From a virus (Duplodnaviria; Caudoviricetes): DNA of 26,644 bases. Positions within the stretch are counted from its first letter, which is position 1. Every line of letters starts with the position of its first letter. Below are positions 7,814 to 17,327 of this stretch, piece after piece. A program made the translations under genes and the position numbers. The stretch covers positions 1 through 26,644 of the IMG/VR virus record IMGVR_UViG_3300033146_002376, one strand, 5' to 3'. The notes beneath the pieces were generated by a model. It did not search any database and was not told the origin of the DNA. It was given only the letters and a program-made list of their open reading frames with translations.

Positions 7814-8409
7814 TGCCTGTACCAGATAATTATGCTCAATATGAGTTATTTTATGATAAAGAAAATTATTATTTTAAACCTTTTCCTTATATTAATTATG
7901 ATATAAATGGTGATGGAAATACAATAAAAATTAAGAATTTTCTAAAAAGATTTGATTTTCTTAAATTAGTTAGAGAAAATAATTCTATTTATATTAAATG
8001 GGTTATTCGTGATGAAGATACTCCTGAAATTATAGCTCATAAAATGTATGGATCTAGTCATTTTTATTGGGTTATATTAATGTTAAATAGAATGATAAAT
8101 CCTACTTTTTCTTGGGCTTTAACAAGTGATGATCTTCATGATTATGTAATGAGGAAATATGGAGAAGAAAATATTTATGATCATCATCATTGGGAATCTG
8201 TAGATACTGGTGATGAATATGATTTACCAAATGGTATTATTGTTGATAAAGAATATCCTCATAAAATATCAATATCAAATAATGATTATGAATTGAAAAA
8301 GAATGATGAAAATCGTGAGATATTAATTCTTAAAAAAGAATATATTCATTTAGTAAAAGAAGAGTGGAAAGTTTTAGGAAAAACTAACTTTACAAAGGTA
8401 AGATTATAG
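7813..8409 (+). CDS. gp53: Baseplate wedge protein gp53 (LysM-like)
   Basis: YF..FP.INYD, IRDEDTPEIIAHKMYGSSHFYWVILMLN..INP..W, YV..KYG, HHWE, and YE...N...REI.ILK. Confidence 0.93.
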   Translation: MPVPDNYAQYELFYDKENYYFKPFPYINYDINGDGNTIKIKNFLKRFDFLKLVRENNSIYIKWVIRDEDTPEIIAHKMYGSSHFYWVILMLNRMINPTFSWALTSDDLHDYVMRKYGEENIYDHHHWESVDTGDEYDLPNGIIVDKEYPHKISISNNDYELKKNDENREILILKKEYIHLVKEEWKVLGKTNFTKVRL

Positions 8410-9732
8410 ATGGCTGGTGTTATAGGAGGGTCTGAATATTCTCCGGGAACATATAATATTGATAAAATTGAGATTAATGGTGATGATGTTAAATGGATGT
8501 TGGTTGAATTGAATTTTTATGAAGATTTATTATCACCTTGTATTACTGGTGATATAACTATTATTGATACTTATAATCTTTTATCAAATACACCTTTTCT
8601 TGAAGGTGATAAAATTAACATAAGTCTTAAATGTAATAATGATGATAAGATGCAATCTAGTGTCGATGGTGGTGAAATTGATGATGTGTTTGAGATTATT
8701 AAAATAATGAATAGAGTTAAAACTAAAGATAATCAACAAGTATATACTTTAAAATTTGCTTCTGCTGGATGGTCAACAAATGTTCGTACTAGAATATCAA
8801 GATCATATATACAACAATCATATTCTGATATTGTTAAAGATATTTTTGATTCAAAATTTAAAGTTCCTGCTGGTTTAAATGGAGAACTCAAAGCAAAAGA
8901 ACTTAAGATAGAAGAAACAGAAGGGTCTTTTAATGTAATAATTCCACGATGGAAACCTCTTACATGTTTTAGTTGGCTTGCTGGTAGAAGTAGGAGTAAA
9001 TATGCTTGTAACTGGTTATTTTGGGAAGATAAAGATGAATTTCATTATGAATCAGTAGATTCTCTTATGAAAAAAGGATCAATAGCCACTTATACTGTAT
9101 CTGTAAAAAATAGAGAAAAAATTTCTGAACAAGATTATTTTACAATATCAGATTATGAATATATGGATACAGGAGAAATTCTTTATTATGGTTTAAATGG
9201 TATGTTTGGAAATAGATTATTAATTCATGATATTTTAAATAAAAAACAATTTGATTATTTTCCTACAGGACAAGAAGCTGATAATTTTATATTAAAAGAT
9301 GAATATGATTATCAAGAAATGTTTGAGAATTTATTCCATACTGGTGATGGTGTTCCTTTAGTCGATTCTGATATTACAGATTCATTTTCAAGTAATCCGG
9401 GTAATGCTCGTTTAACTGTAATTAATAAACATTATAAACAGTGGGATGAAACTACAGATTTTGAATATGATAAATGGCTTCGTCAACGTATTGCTCAAAA
9501 ACAAATTATTAAATATTTAAAAATTAGGGTATGGGCTGTTGGTAACTTTAAAAGAAAAGTTGGTGATATAATAACATTTGATATGCCTTCTCCTGAATTT
9601 AATAATTCATCTGAGAAAAATGATCCTAGATTAACTGGTGATTATTTAATAACAGCATTAAGACATAAATTTGATGCGAATAAACATATAATAATAATGG
9701 AATTGATTAAAGATTGTATAGCAGAAGGATAA
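8410..9732 (+). CDS. Baseplate hub protein (gp27-like / contractile tail hub)
   Basis: 440 aa; LNFYEDLLSPCITGDITIID..NL, ISRSY....SDIV..I, IIPRWKP....WLA, FWED...FHY.S..SL, GN..RKVGDII, and L.GDYLITALRH.F; lies between gp53 and gp5. Confidence 0.8.
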   Translation: MAGVIGGSEYSPGTYNIDKIEINGDDVKWMLVELNFYEDLLSPCITGDITIIDTYNLLSNTPFLEGDKINISLKCNNDDKMQSSVDGGEIDDVFEIIKIMNRVKTKDNQQVYTLKFASAGWSTNVRTRISRSYIQQSYSDIVKDIFDSKFKVPAGLNGELKAKELKIEETEGSFNVIIPRWKPLTCFSWLAGRSRSKYACNWLFWEDKDEFHYESVDSLMKKGSIATYTVSVKNREKISEQDYFTISDYEYMDTGEILYYGLNGMFGNRLLIHDILNKKQFDYFPTGQEADNFILKDEYDYQEMFENLFHTGDGVPLVDSDITDSFSSNPGNARLTVINKHYKQWDETTDFEYDKWLRQRIAQKQIIKYLKIRVWAVGNFKRKVGDIITFDMPSPEFNNSSEKNDPRLTGDYLITALRHKFDANKHIIIMELIKDCIAEG

Positions 9733-9733
9733 A

Positions 9734-11917
9734 ATGTTTACTGAAAATAAAATAGTAAAATTTGGAGATGATGATTTTCATTGGTTTTTTGGTGTTATTG
9801 AAGATAATGATGATCCTTTAAAATTAGGAAGAGTTCGTGTTCGTGTTATTGGAGATCATACACAGAAAAAAGAAGGTAGAATACCAACAGATGGTTTACC
9901 TTGGGCTATTCATATTGTAACTTCACCTAATACACAAATGAATGGTATGGGAAATTCTCCTACTAATTTATATAAAGGTACTTGGGTTGTTGGTTTTTAT
10001 ATTGATGGGCCTAATAAACAAATGCCTCTTATTTTTGGTTCATTTGGTGGTGTTCCAAGAGGATTGCCAAATAAAGAAATTGGTTTTAATGATCCTGATG
10101 GAAAATTTCCTATGGGTCATATGATATTTGAACAAGATACTAATAGGCTTGCTCGTGGTGCTGTTGAACGTGGAGTTGAAATTCCAGAATCTATTGTTGA
10201 TAAAAGAGAACGTTTTTGTGATGATACTATATGCCATTTAGATGCTGTTTATGCTAAAGAATATTATGATAAATTTGATGAAAAATATGTAAAATGGTTT
10301 GATAGAAAACATTATGATGATGATACAACAGAAGATCCAGAAGAACCTAAAAAGAAAGATGACAATCAATGTCAATATGTATTAAATAATAATCATCCAA
10401 ATCTTGTTTATAAATTTATCAATAGACAACGATTTATACCTATTTCTAAACCTTTTTTTGATCCAATTCATAGAGAATTTTGGCATGAAAATATTTCTCC
10501 ATATAATGCCAAATATCCATATAATAAGGTTTGGGAAGGATATCATGAAAAGGGTGGGGCAAAAGAATATGCTTATGATCAAACTATAACTGATTATGAT
10601 GGTTCTATGATTGAAGGTGTTCATAGAAAACAAAATTGTGGTGAGGGGTCATGGGGTCATATTGAAGAGTGGGATAGTACACCGGGGCAAGAGCGTTATC
10701 ATAGAGTTCATAAAAAAGGGAATTATCTTGAAATTGATAAAGATGGTAATGAAATTAGAAAGATTTATGGAGAAAATTTTGAAATAGATCTTGATAATAA
10801 ATCAATTTATATTGATGGTGATTGGAATATTACAGTTGCGGGAGATAAAAATGAATTGATAGAAGGTGATTATAATTTACAAATAATGAAAGATTTTAAA
10901 ACTGATGTTAGAGGTTCTATAAAAACGCATAGTGATGAAGAATCTGAATATCATTATAAAGAGAATCTTAGAGTTCGTGTTGATGGAGATGAAAAAAGAA
11001 GAGTTTCTGGTGATAGAAATACAAGTATTTTAAAACGTGATTATATAGAATCTGTTGATGCTGAGAGACGTGCTAATACTATTGTTCGTAAAGGTGCTGA
11101 GTCTATGATAGATGAAGCATTTAAACTTTATGAATTAAAAGTTTATGATATGGAAATGAGTGTTTGTAATTTAGAAAGTGAGATAAAAACATGGAATAAT
11201 GTATCAGAAACTAAGACTGATGATATTATGAATCTTACTGAAAAAATTAATATACAAAAAATAGATGTTAATATACTTGAAGAAAATACTGGAACACATA
11301 CAGAATCAAAACAAATTCATAATGAATATTTAACTACATATAATGGTTGTGTTGATTTTTGGCAAATTCATACTATTGATTTTGAAGTTTTCTATCGTGA
11401 TAATCTTTTATTTGAAAAAGGTGGTCATGGTGGTGGTTGTTCTTCGCAGGGTGGTGGTGGAGTTCCTTTATTTCCAGATGTTGTTGATGTAGGGCAAGTT
11501 AATTATCCTGAAACTGATGGAATTCAACAATGTTTAAAACGATATAATGAATGTATTGAAGCAGCAAAATCAAATTGTACAACTACTATTATAGATCCAA
11601 GAGTTGTTGATGAGAATGGTAATCCAAAGACTGAGGATCGTGTTGATTGGGAGAAATACCATGCTTCTATACAATCATGTAAGTTATCATATGAAGCTTG
11701 TGTAGAGGCAAATAAAGGGCTTGAGTGTGATGTATGCGCTCCTTCTCAAGGATCTTTATCTTGGGACTGTATGGGATGTCATAGTACAGATTGTCCTACA
11801 GATGATAAAAAAGTAGTAAATATTGATTGTCTTACTGTTCCATGTGATAAAATTGAAGGGCCACCTGATGTAACAGTAATTGATCCGTGGAAAGATTGTG
11901 AACAGGAGAAACCATAA
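9734..11917 (+). CDS. gp5: Baseplate central spike gp5 (OB fold + beta-helix, Cys-rich C-terminal extension, no recognisable lysozyme)
   Basis: WFFGVIED.DDPLKLGRVRVRVIG.H, IPT..LPWA, GTWVVGF..DG...Q.P.I.G (Gp5_OB); YPYNKV and GHIEEWDSTPGQER...HKKGNYLEI..DG; octapeptide (I/V).GD repeats. Confidence 0.92.
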   Translation: MFTENKIVKFGDDDFHWFFGVIEDNDDPLKLGRVRVRVIGDHTQKKEGRIPTDGLPWAIHIVTSPNTQMNGMGNSPTNLYKGTWVVGFYIDGPNKQMPLIFGSFGGVPRGLPNKEIGFNDPDGKFPMGHMIFEQDTNRLARGAVERGVEIPESIVDKRERFCDDTICHLDAVYAKEYYDKFDEKYVKWFDRKHYDDDTTEDPEEPKKKDDNQCQYVLNNNHPNLVYKFINRQRFIPISKPFFDPIHREFWHENISPYNAKYPYNKVWEGYHEKGGAKEYAYDQTITDYDGSMIEGVHRKQNCGEGSWGHIEEWDSTPGQERYHRVHKKGNYLEIDKDGNEIRKIYGENFEIDLDNKSIYIDGDWNITVAGDKNELIEGDYNLQIMKDFKTDVRGSIKTHSDEESEYHYKENLRVRVDGDEKRRVSGDRNTSILKRDYIESVDAERRANTIVRKGAESMIDEAFKLYELKVYDMEMSVCNLESEIKTWNNVSETKTDDIMNLTEKINIQKIDVNILEENTGTHTESKQIHNEYLTTYNGCVDFWQIHTIDFEVFYRDNLLFEKGGHGGGCSSQGGGGVPLFPDVVDVGQVNYPETDGIQQCLKRYNECIEAAKSNCTTTIIDPRVVDENGNPKTEDRVDWEKYHASIQSCKLSYEACVEANKGLECDVCAPSQGSLSWDCMGCHSTDCPTDDKKVVNIDCLTVPCDKIEGPPDVTVIDPWKDCEQEKP

Positions 11918-12342
11918 TGTACAATTATAGAAGAAATGATTATAAAGGAAAACATGTATCAAAAACTAAATTGGATATGGATTTTAATTTTAGAACACAT
12001 CCAATTTCTAATGATATTACAAAATTAAAAGATATTGAAGCTATAAAATCTTCATTAAAAACATTAGTTTTATTAAATCATTATGAAAAACCTTTTCATC
12101 CTGATATAGGATGTGATATTTATAAATCACTTTTCGAACCAATGGATGAACCGGGTCTTCATTTTACTATGGAAAATTATATAATAAAAACTATAGAACA
12201 ATATGAACCAAGGGTATTGTTGAAAAAAGTAAAGGTGGTATTTCAGGAAGATAAAAATAATGTAGAAATTACAATATATTTTGTTCCAGTAAATGCTGTT
12301 GATACAGTATCTATGACAATGTATTTAAAAATATTGAGATAA
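11917..12342 (+). CDS. gp25: Baseplate wedge / sheath initiator gp25
   Basis: DMDFNF..HP..NDI..LKD.EAIKSS...LVL....EKPFHPDIGC.I...LFEP and I..YEPRV are the GPW/gp25 signature. Confidence 0.95.
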   Translation: MYNYRRNDYKGKHVSKTKLDMDFNFRTHPISNDITKLKDIEAIKSSLKTLVLLNHYEKPFHPDIGCDIYKSLFEPMDEPGLHFTMENYIIKTIEQYEPRVLLKKVKVVFQEDKNNVEITIYFVPVNAVDTVSMTMYLKILR

Positions 12343-12345
12343 ATA
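12338..12345 (+). promoter_or_regulatory. Possible late promoter (GATAAATA) upstream of gp6
   Basis: NATAAATA overlapping the gp25 stop, 18 nt before the gp6 ATG; chance occurrence is plausible at this AT content. Confidence 0.4.
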
Positions 12346-12363
12346 ATATAAAAGGTAAATAAA

Positions 12364-14187
12364 ATGGCAACAAATACAAGTAAATTATCACCAACAGAAC
12401 TAGATTTTGATTTAATTAAAGCAGAATTAAAAAATTATTTGAGTTCACAAGATGAGTTTAGTGAATATAATTTTGAAGGATCTGCTCTTAATGTATTAAT
12501 GGATGTCCTTTCATATAATACTCATATGAATGCGTTTATGGCAAATATGATGGGTAATGAAATGTTTTTAGATTCTTCATCTATACGTCAATCTGCAATT
12601 TCAAAATCAAAAGAAATAGGATATAATGCTAGATCAATAAGAACAGCAAAATCTATTGTTAATATAAATGTAGATAATGTTGCTGGAAATCCATCACATA
12701 TTACTATGGATGCTGGAACACAATTTAATACAAATTATGATATTATATTTTCTACAAAAGAAGATATGTTATTGTATCCAGATGAAAATATTAATGGAAG
12801 ATATTCAATAAAAAATATAGAAATATATGAAGGTAGATATAATAAATTTAGTTATGAATTAGATAGTTCTAATGTTGATCAAGAAATAATAATTCCTTCA
12901 ATTGATGTTGATATGAGTACATTAAGAGTTACTATTAAACCTGATAAAAATTCTACAGAAATTGAAGAATATTTTTTAAATGATGATTTAAATAGACTTA
13001 AACCAGATAGTCTTGTATTTTTTACCAGTGAAACTCCTGAAGGATATTATGAAATTACTTTTGGTGATGGAATTTTAGGAAAAAAACTTATAAATGGAAA
13101 TTATATAACTCTTCATTATATAATTTCTATAGAAAAAGAAACAGCAAATAATATTGATAGATTTATACCTTATCAAAGAATAGATGGTTATAGTGATATA
13201 ATTATTGATGTTATTGAACCTGCATATGGGGCTTCAGAAAAAGAAAGTATTGAAAGTATTAAATTTCTTGCTCCAAAAATGTATCAATCTCAAAGAAGAG
13301 CTGTTACAACTCAAGATTATGAAACATTTCTACTTTCTGATTATCCATGGATCGATACAATAAATTCATGGGGAGGAGAATATAATGAACCCCCAATATA
13401 TGGAAAAGTATTTTTTGCTATAAAACCAAAACATACAGAATTTGTTTCTAATAAATTAAAAGAGGAAATAAAAGAAACTCTTATTAAGGAATATAATGTT
13501 GTAACTATTGTTCCTGAAATTATTGATCCAGATTATATCTATGTAAATATTAATACTGATATTTTTTATATAAATTCTCGTACTATATTAAGTGAAAGTA
13601 AGATGGTAGAAATGGCTACTGATACAATTTATAAATATTTTAATAATACTACAGGTAAATTTAAAATGGATTTTAGATTTTCTCCTATGACTACAAATAT
13701 TGATAATACTGATCAATCTTTTGATAGTTCATTAAGTAGTATTATAATTCATAAAAGAATATATCCTATTATAAATTTATCACAAACATTTAATTTAAAA
13801 TTTAATAATTCATTAGAACCTAATACAATTGAATCTACATACTTTAATATTGAAGATGAAGTATTTAAGGGAATTACTCTTGAATCTGTTATAAAAGATA
13901 ATGGTAATGGAAAATTAAGATTAATATATGTTAATAGTGGTGTAGTAATTAATAATGATATTGGAAACGTGAATTATGAAACAGGAGAGATGACTTTTAC
14001 TATTTTTCCATATAATCTTCCAGTTGATACATTAGATGTTCGTATATATGCTACACCAAAGTCAAAAAATATTAAATCTGGATATAATCAAATAATAATT
14101 CCAGATGAATCGGCAGTAAATCAAGATGTCAATCGTAAACAAGGGGTTAATATAAAAATGATAGATGTTGAGATTGAAAAAGGATAA
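12364..14187 (+). CDS. gp6: Baseplate wedge protein gp6
   Basis: ELDFD.IK..LK.YL..Q.EF..YNFEGSAL.VL.DVLSYNTH, NEMFLDS, YEI.FGDG..GK, ESIESIKF.AP..Y..Q.RAVT..DY, WGGE.N.PP.YGKVF and G.VNY.TG. Confidence 0.97.
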   Translation: MATNTSKLSPTELDFDLIKAELKNYLSSQDEFSEYNFEGSALNVLMDVLSYNTHMNAFMANMMGNEMFLDSSSIRQSAISKSKEIGYNARSIRTAKSIVNINVDNVAGNPSHITMDAGTQFNTNYDIIFSTKEDMLLYPDENINGRYSIKNIEIYEGRYNKFSYELDSSNVDQEIIIPSIDVDMSTLRVTIKPDKNSTEIEEYFLNDDLNRLKPDSLVFFTSETPEGYYEITFGDGILGKKLINGNYITLHYIISIEKETANNIDRFIPYQRIDGYSDIIIDVIEPAYGASEKESIESIKFLAPKMYQSQRRAVTTQDYETFLLSDYPWIDTINSWGGEYNEPPIYGKVFFAIKPKHTEFVSNKLKEEIKETLIKEYNVVTIVPEIIDPDYIYVNINTDIFYINSRTILSESKMVEMATDTIYKYFNNTTGKFKMDFRFSPMTTNIDNTDQSFDSSLSSIIIHKRIYPIINLSQTFNLKFNNSLEPNTIESTYFNIEDEVFKGITLESVIKDNGNGKLRLIYVNSGVVINNDIGNVNYETGEMTFTIFPYNLPVDTLDVRIYATPKSKNIKSGYNQIIIPDESAVNQDVNRKQGVNIKMIDVEIEKG

Positions 14188-14190
14188 TAA

Positions 14191-15999
14191 ATGAAATCTA
14201 CAGATAATTTAATAAGTACACAAATAAATAATGTTATTCCACAATATATTCGTATGGAATATCCAAATTTTGTTGCTTTTATTCAATATTATTATGAATG
14301 GATGGAAAAGCAAGGAGCACCATATCATTTTATATCAAATGTATTAGATTTTTCTGATGTAGATAGAACTTCCATTGAATTTCTTGAAGAGTTTGGAAAA
14401 AACTTTTTACAGCCATTGCCTGATATAATATATGAAAATAATAATATTGCTACATTAGTTAAAAATATTGAACAATATTATTCAGCAAGAGGTTCTGAAA
14501 AAGCATTTAAATTTTTATTTAGATTATTCGAATATACAGATGATAATGAAAAAGAACTTGAATTTTATTATCCTTCATATGATATGCTTCGTGTTTCTGA
14601 TGGTAAATGGGTAAAAGAAAAAAGTATTAAGATAATAAATCCTCATAAAGATGTTATGGATTGGGAATCTGGTCAAGTTACTGGAAAAATTTCAGGGGCA
14701 ATTGCTGTAATTGATGAAATACGAATATATGAATCAACTTCAGGAGTAAAAATAGCTGAAATATTTTTAATGGAATTTGATATAATCCATACACCTGAAA
14801 AGTTTTTATGTGGTGAAGAAATAGAAATATTAACTAAAGATTTAAAAATTTATACTGCTATAACTGAAAATTTATTTTATAAAATTAAATTTGATATTGA
14901 TCCTGTTACTGGTAAAGAAATGAGAGGTAAATATTATATTCCAGATCAACGAGTTAAAATTATTAATAATGGTATTGGTGAAGATGCTCGTGTTGTAGTT
15001 AATAATATAGGAAAAGGAACAGTAACAAGTTTTTCTATTATAGATGGTGGTTATGGTTATCAAATAGGAGATAAAGTTTATACAAATGATGATAAATTTG
15101 GTTCTGGTGCATATGGAAAAGTTACTGAAGTTGATAGTTCAGGATCTATAATAAAAACTAAATTATTATTTAGAGGGCATGATTATAAATATTGTCAGTC
15201 TGTAAAAATTGATAGTTTAAATGGTGAAAGAGCAGTTTTAATGATTGAAACTGATGATATTGGTAGAATTCTTGATATTGATATTCGTGATTTTGGTATT
15301 AATTATTTTTCTAATGAAACTATTATTGAATTTAATGTTTCTATGAGAATTCATAGTTTGATAAAGGATGGTTTTGTAGGTGAAACTGTTGTTGGTGATA
15401 CTTCAGGAGCAGTTGGTATAGTTGAATATTGGAATCCTGAAACTGGTGTAATTTCTGTGAATATTACATCTGGAACTTTTATTATTGGTGAAAGATTCAC
15501 AGGACAGCGATATGGTGGATCTGCTGAAATTTATGATATATCAATTGCTAAAGGGAAATTTGTTGAAGGATGTTTATGTAATTATGAAGGTAGATATATA
15601 AACAAAGATGGTCATATTTCATCATTAAAATATATTCAAGATTCTTATTTTTATCAAATGTTTTCTTATATGTTAAAAACATCAAAAGATAAAGAAGAAT
15701 GGAAAGATATGGTAAAAAATGTTCATCCAGCAGGAACAATTGGTTTTTCATATAGAGATATAATTCTACAATATTTTAAAGAGTCATATGGTGGATTTAT
15801 AAGTCCTAAACTTGATACTACTGAATTTTATAAATTTAGATGGAAATCAGAAAATTATCATGGAGGTCATACACGTTATGACGGAAACACACAAATAAAA
15901 CAATATAAAGATGTAGTTGTTGATGATATTATCAACATAAATATTAATATATTAAATAAAACAGGATTCTGTTTTGGATCGGAGATCGAAATTTCATGA
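14191..15999 (+). CDS. gp7: Baseplate wedge protein gp7-like
   Basis: P.YIR.EYPNFV.F...YYEWME, KNI..YY.ARG.EKAFKFLFR, YP...ML..SDGKW, IQDSYFYQ.FSY.LK and W...VK..HPAG; between gp6 and gp8. Confidence 0.85.
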   Translation: MKSTDNLISTQINNVIPQYIRMEYPNFVAFIQYYYEWMEKQGAPYHFISNVLDFSDVDRTSIEFLEEFGKNFLQPLPDIIYENNNIATLVKNIEQYYSARGSEKAFKFLFRLFEYTDDNEKELEFYYPSYDMLRVSDGKWVKEKSIKIINPHKDVMDWESGQVTGKISGAIAVIDEIRIYESTSGVKIAEIFLMEFDIIHTPEKFLCGEEIEILTKDLKIYTAITENLFYKIKFDIDPVTGKEMRGKYYIPDQRVKIINNGIGEDARVVVNNIGKGTVTSFSIIDGGYGYQIGDKVYTNDDKFGSGAYGKVTEVDSSGSIIKTKLLFRGHDYKYCQSVKIDSLNGERAVLMIETDDIGRILDIDIRDFGINYFSNETIIEFNVSMRIHSLIKDGFVGETVVGDTSGAVGIVEYWNPETGVISVNITSGTFIIGERFTGQRYGGSAEIYDISIAKGKFVEGCLCNYEGRYINKDGHISSLKYIQDSYFYQMFSYMLKTSKDKEEWKDMVKNVHPAGTIGFSYRDIILQYFKESYGGFISPKLDTTEFYKFRWKSENYHGGHTRYDGNTQIKQYKDVVVDDIINININILNKTGFCFGSEIEIS

Positions 16000-17318
16000 G
16001 TGCTATAATAACATTAAAATCACATTTAGATAATGCTAAAAAATATATAGAAGATAATTTTAACTCTTTATCTAAAGGAACAATTTCACATTTTTATACA
16101 GGAAGAACATTACAATGGAATGATGAATATTCTCCTGATATATCAACTTCATCTGAAAATGATATATATTTGAATTTATTTCAACGTGTTTTTTTAAAAC
16201 AAATAAAAAAAGAAGATACATCTCTTGCTATAAAGAAATTTATATGGAAACCAAATACAATATATACTCGTGCTGATTATGATGTTGATTATACTGATTA
16301 TAGAAATTGGATTCATCCAGAAAGTCCGTTTTATGTTATAAACTCAGAAGGAAATGTTTATAAATGTATTGAAAATGGATATAATTCAGATTCTACAGTT
16401 GAACCTACAGGGCAATCAATGTCATATATTTTTCTTGGTGATGGTTATATGTGGAAATTTATGTTTGACCTTAAAGTTGAAATAAGTAATAAATTCTTAA
16501 CTGATTTATGGTTGCCAGTTGCTTATGATGATTTTAATAAATCAAATTCACAATTAGATGTTGAAAGTAATGCTATTGATGGAGATATTTCTTTTGTTAG
16601 GGTAGATAATGGTGGTGATAGATATACTTCAGCACCTATAATTGAAATTAGGGGAGATGGAACAGGAGCAGTAGCAGTACCTATTATGATTGGAGAATCT
16701 ATTGATTTTATACAAATTTCAAATGCTGGATCTGGCTATACTCATGCTGAAGTTCATATTTTCGGAAATGGAAGTGGTGCTAAATTAACTGCTATGATAT
16801 CACCTCCGGGAGGTCATGGTTCAAATGCTTCATATGAACTTGGATCATATTATGTTGAAATAATAAGTGAAATTATAGGTGATGAAGATGGTATTGATCC
16901 AATTACAGGAACATATAGAAACATAGGAATAGTTAGAAATACTGTAGATAAATCTGGTTCTATCATTACTGATGAAAAATATAATACTTTATCTATTATA
17001 AATATTAATAATTCTTCTGGAACATATGATACAAATGAATTAGTTATAGGTGAAACTTCATATGCTCAAGGAATAGTTTATTTTGATCCTTCTGGAACAA
17101 ATAAAGATGTTCAAATGTATATGATTGAAGGAAATTTTACTAATGGCGAACGTATACATGGACAAGAATCAGGAGAAGTTGGCGAATTTAATGAATCTGC
17201 TAGTACAATTACAAATGTTGATATAAAAAGTGGAGATTTACTTTATAAAGAAAATATTATTTTTATATCAAGAAGAGAAATACAGATTGAAAAATTTGTA
17301 TTTACAATAGAATTTTAA
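15996..17318 (+). CDS. gp8: Baseplate wedge protein gp8
   Basis: MSAIIT, GR...W.DE..P, FYVINSE.NVYKCI.N...S.ST.EPTG, DGY.WKFMF, PPGGHG.N...ELG, YRNIGIVRN, SGDLLY.EN...I.R...Q.E; ATGA overlap with gp7. Confidence 0.92.
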   Translation: MSAIITLKSHLDNAKKYIEDNFNSLSKGTISHFYTGRTLQWNDEYSPDISTSSENDIYLNLFQRVFLKQIKKEDTSLAIKKFIWKPNTIYTRADYDVDYTDYRNWIHPESPFYVINSEGNVYKCIENGYNSDSTVEPTGQSMSYIFLGDGYMWKFMFDLKVEISNKFLTDLWLPVAYDDFNKSNSQLDVESNAIDGDISFVRVDNGGDRYTSAPIIEIRGDGTGAVAVPIMIGESIDFIQISNAGSGYTHAEVHIFGNGSGAKLTAMISPPGGHGSNASYELGSYYVEIISEIIGDEDGIDPITGTYRNIGIVRNTVDKSGSIITDEKYNTLSIININNSSGTYDTNELVIGETSYAQGIVYFDPSGTNKDVQMYMIEGNFTNGERIHGQESGEVGEFNESASTITNVDIKSGDLLYKENIIFISRREIQIEKFVFTIEF

Positions 17319-17327
17319 GGAAAATAA

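Noticed and set aside
8407-8412. In-frame TAG-ATG (gp53/hub) and TAG-9 nt-ATG (25135-25149) as signs of amber recoding
   Set aside because: Genes up to 5.9 kb are intact in code 11 with no internal TAG, and each TAG falls at a normal protein end.
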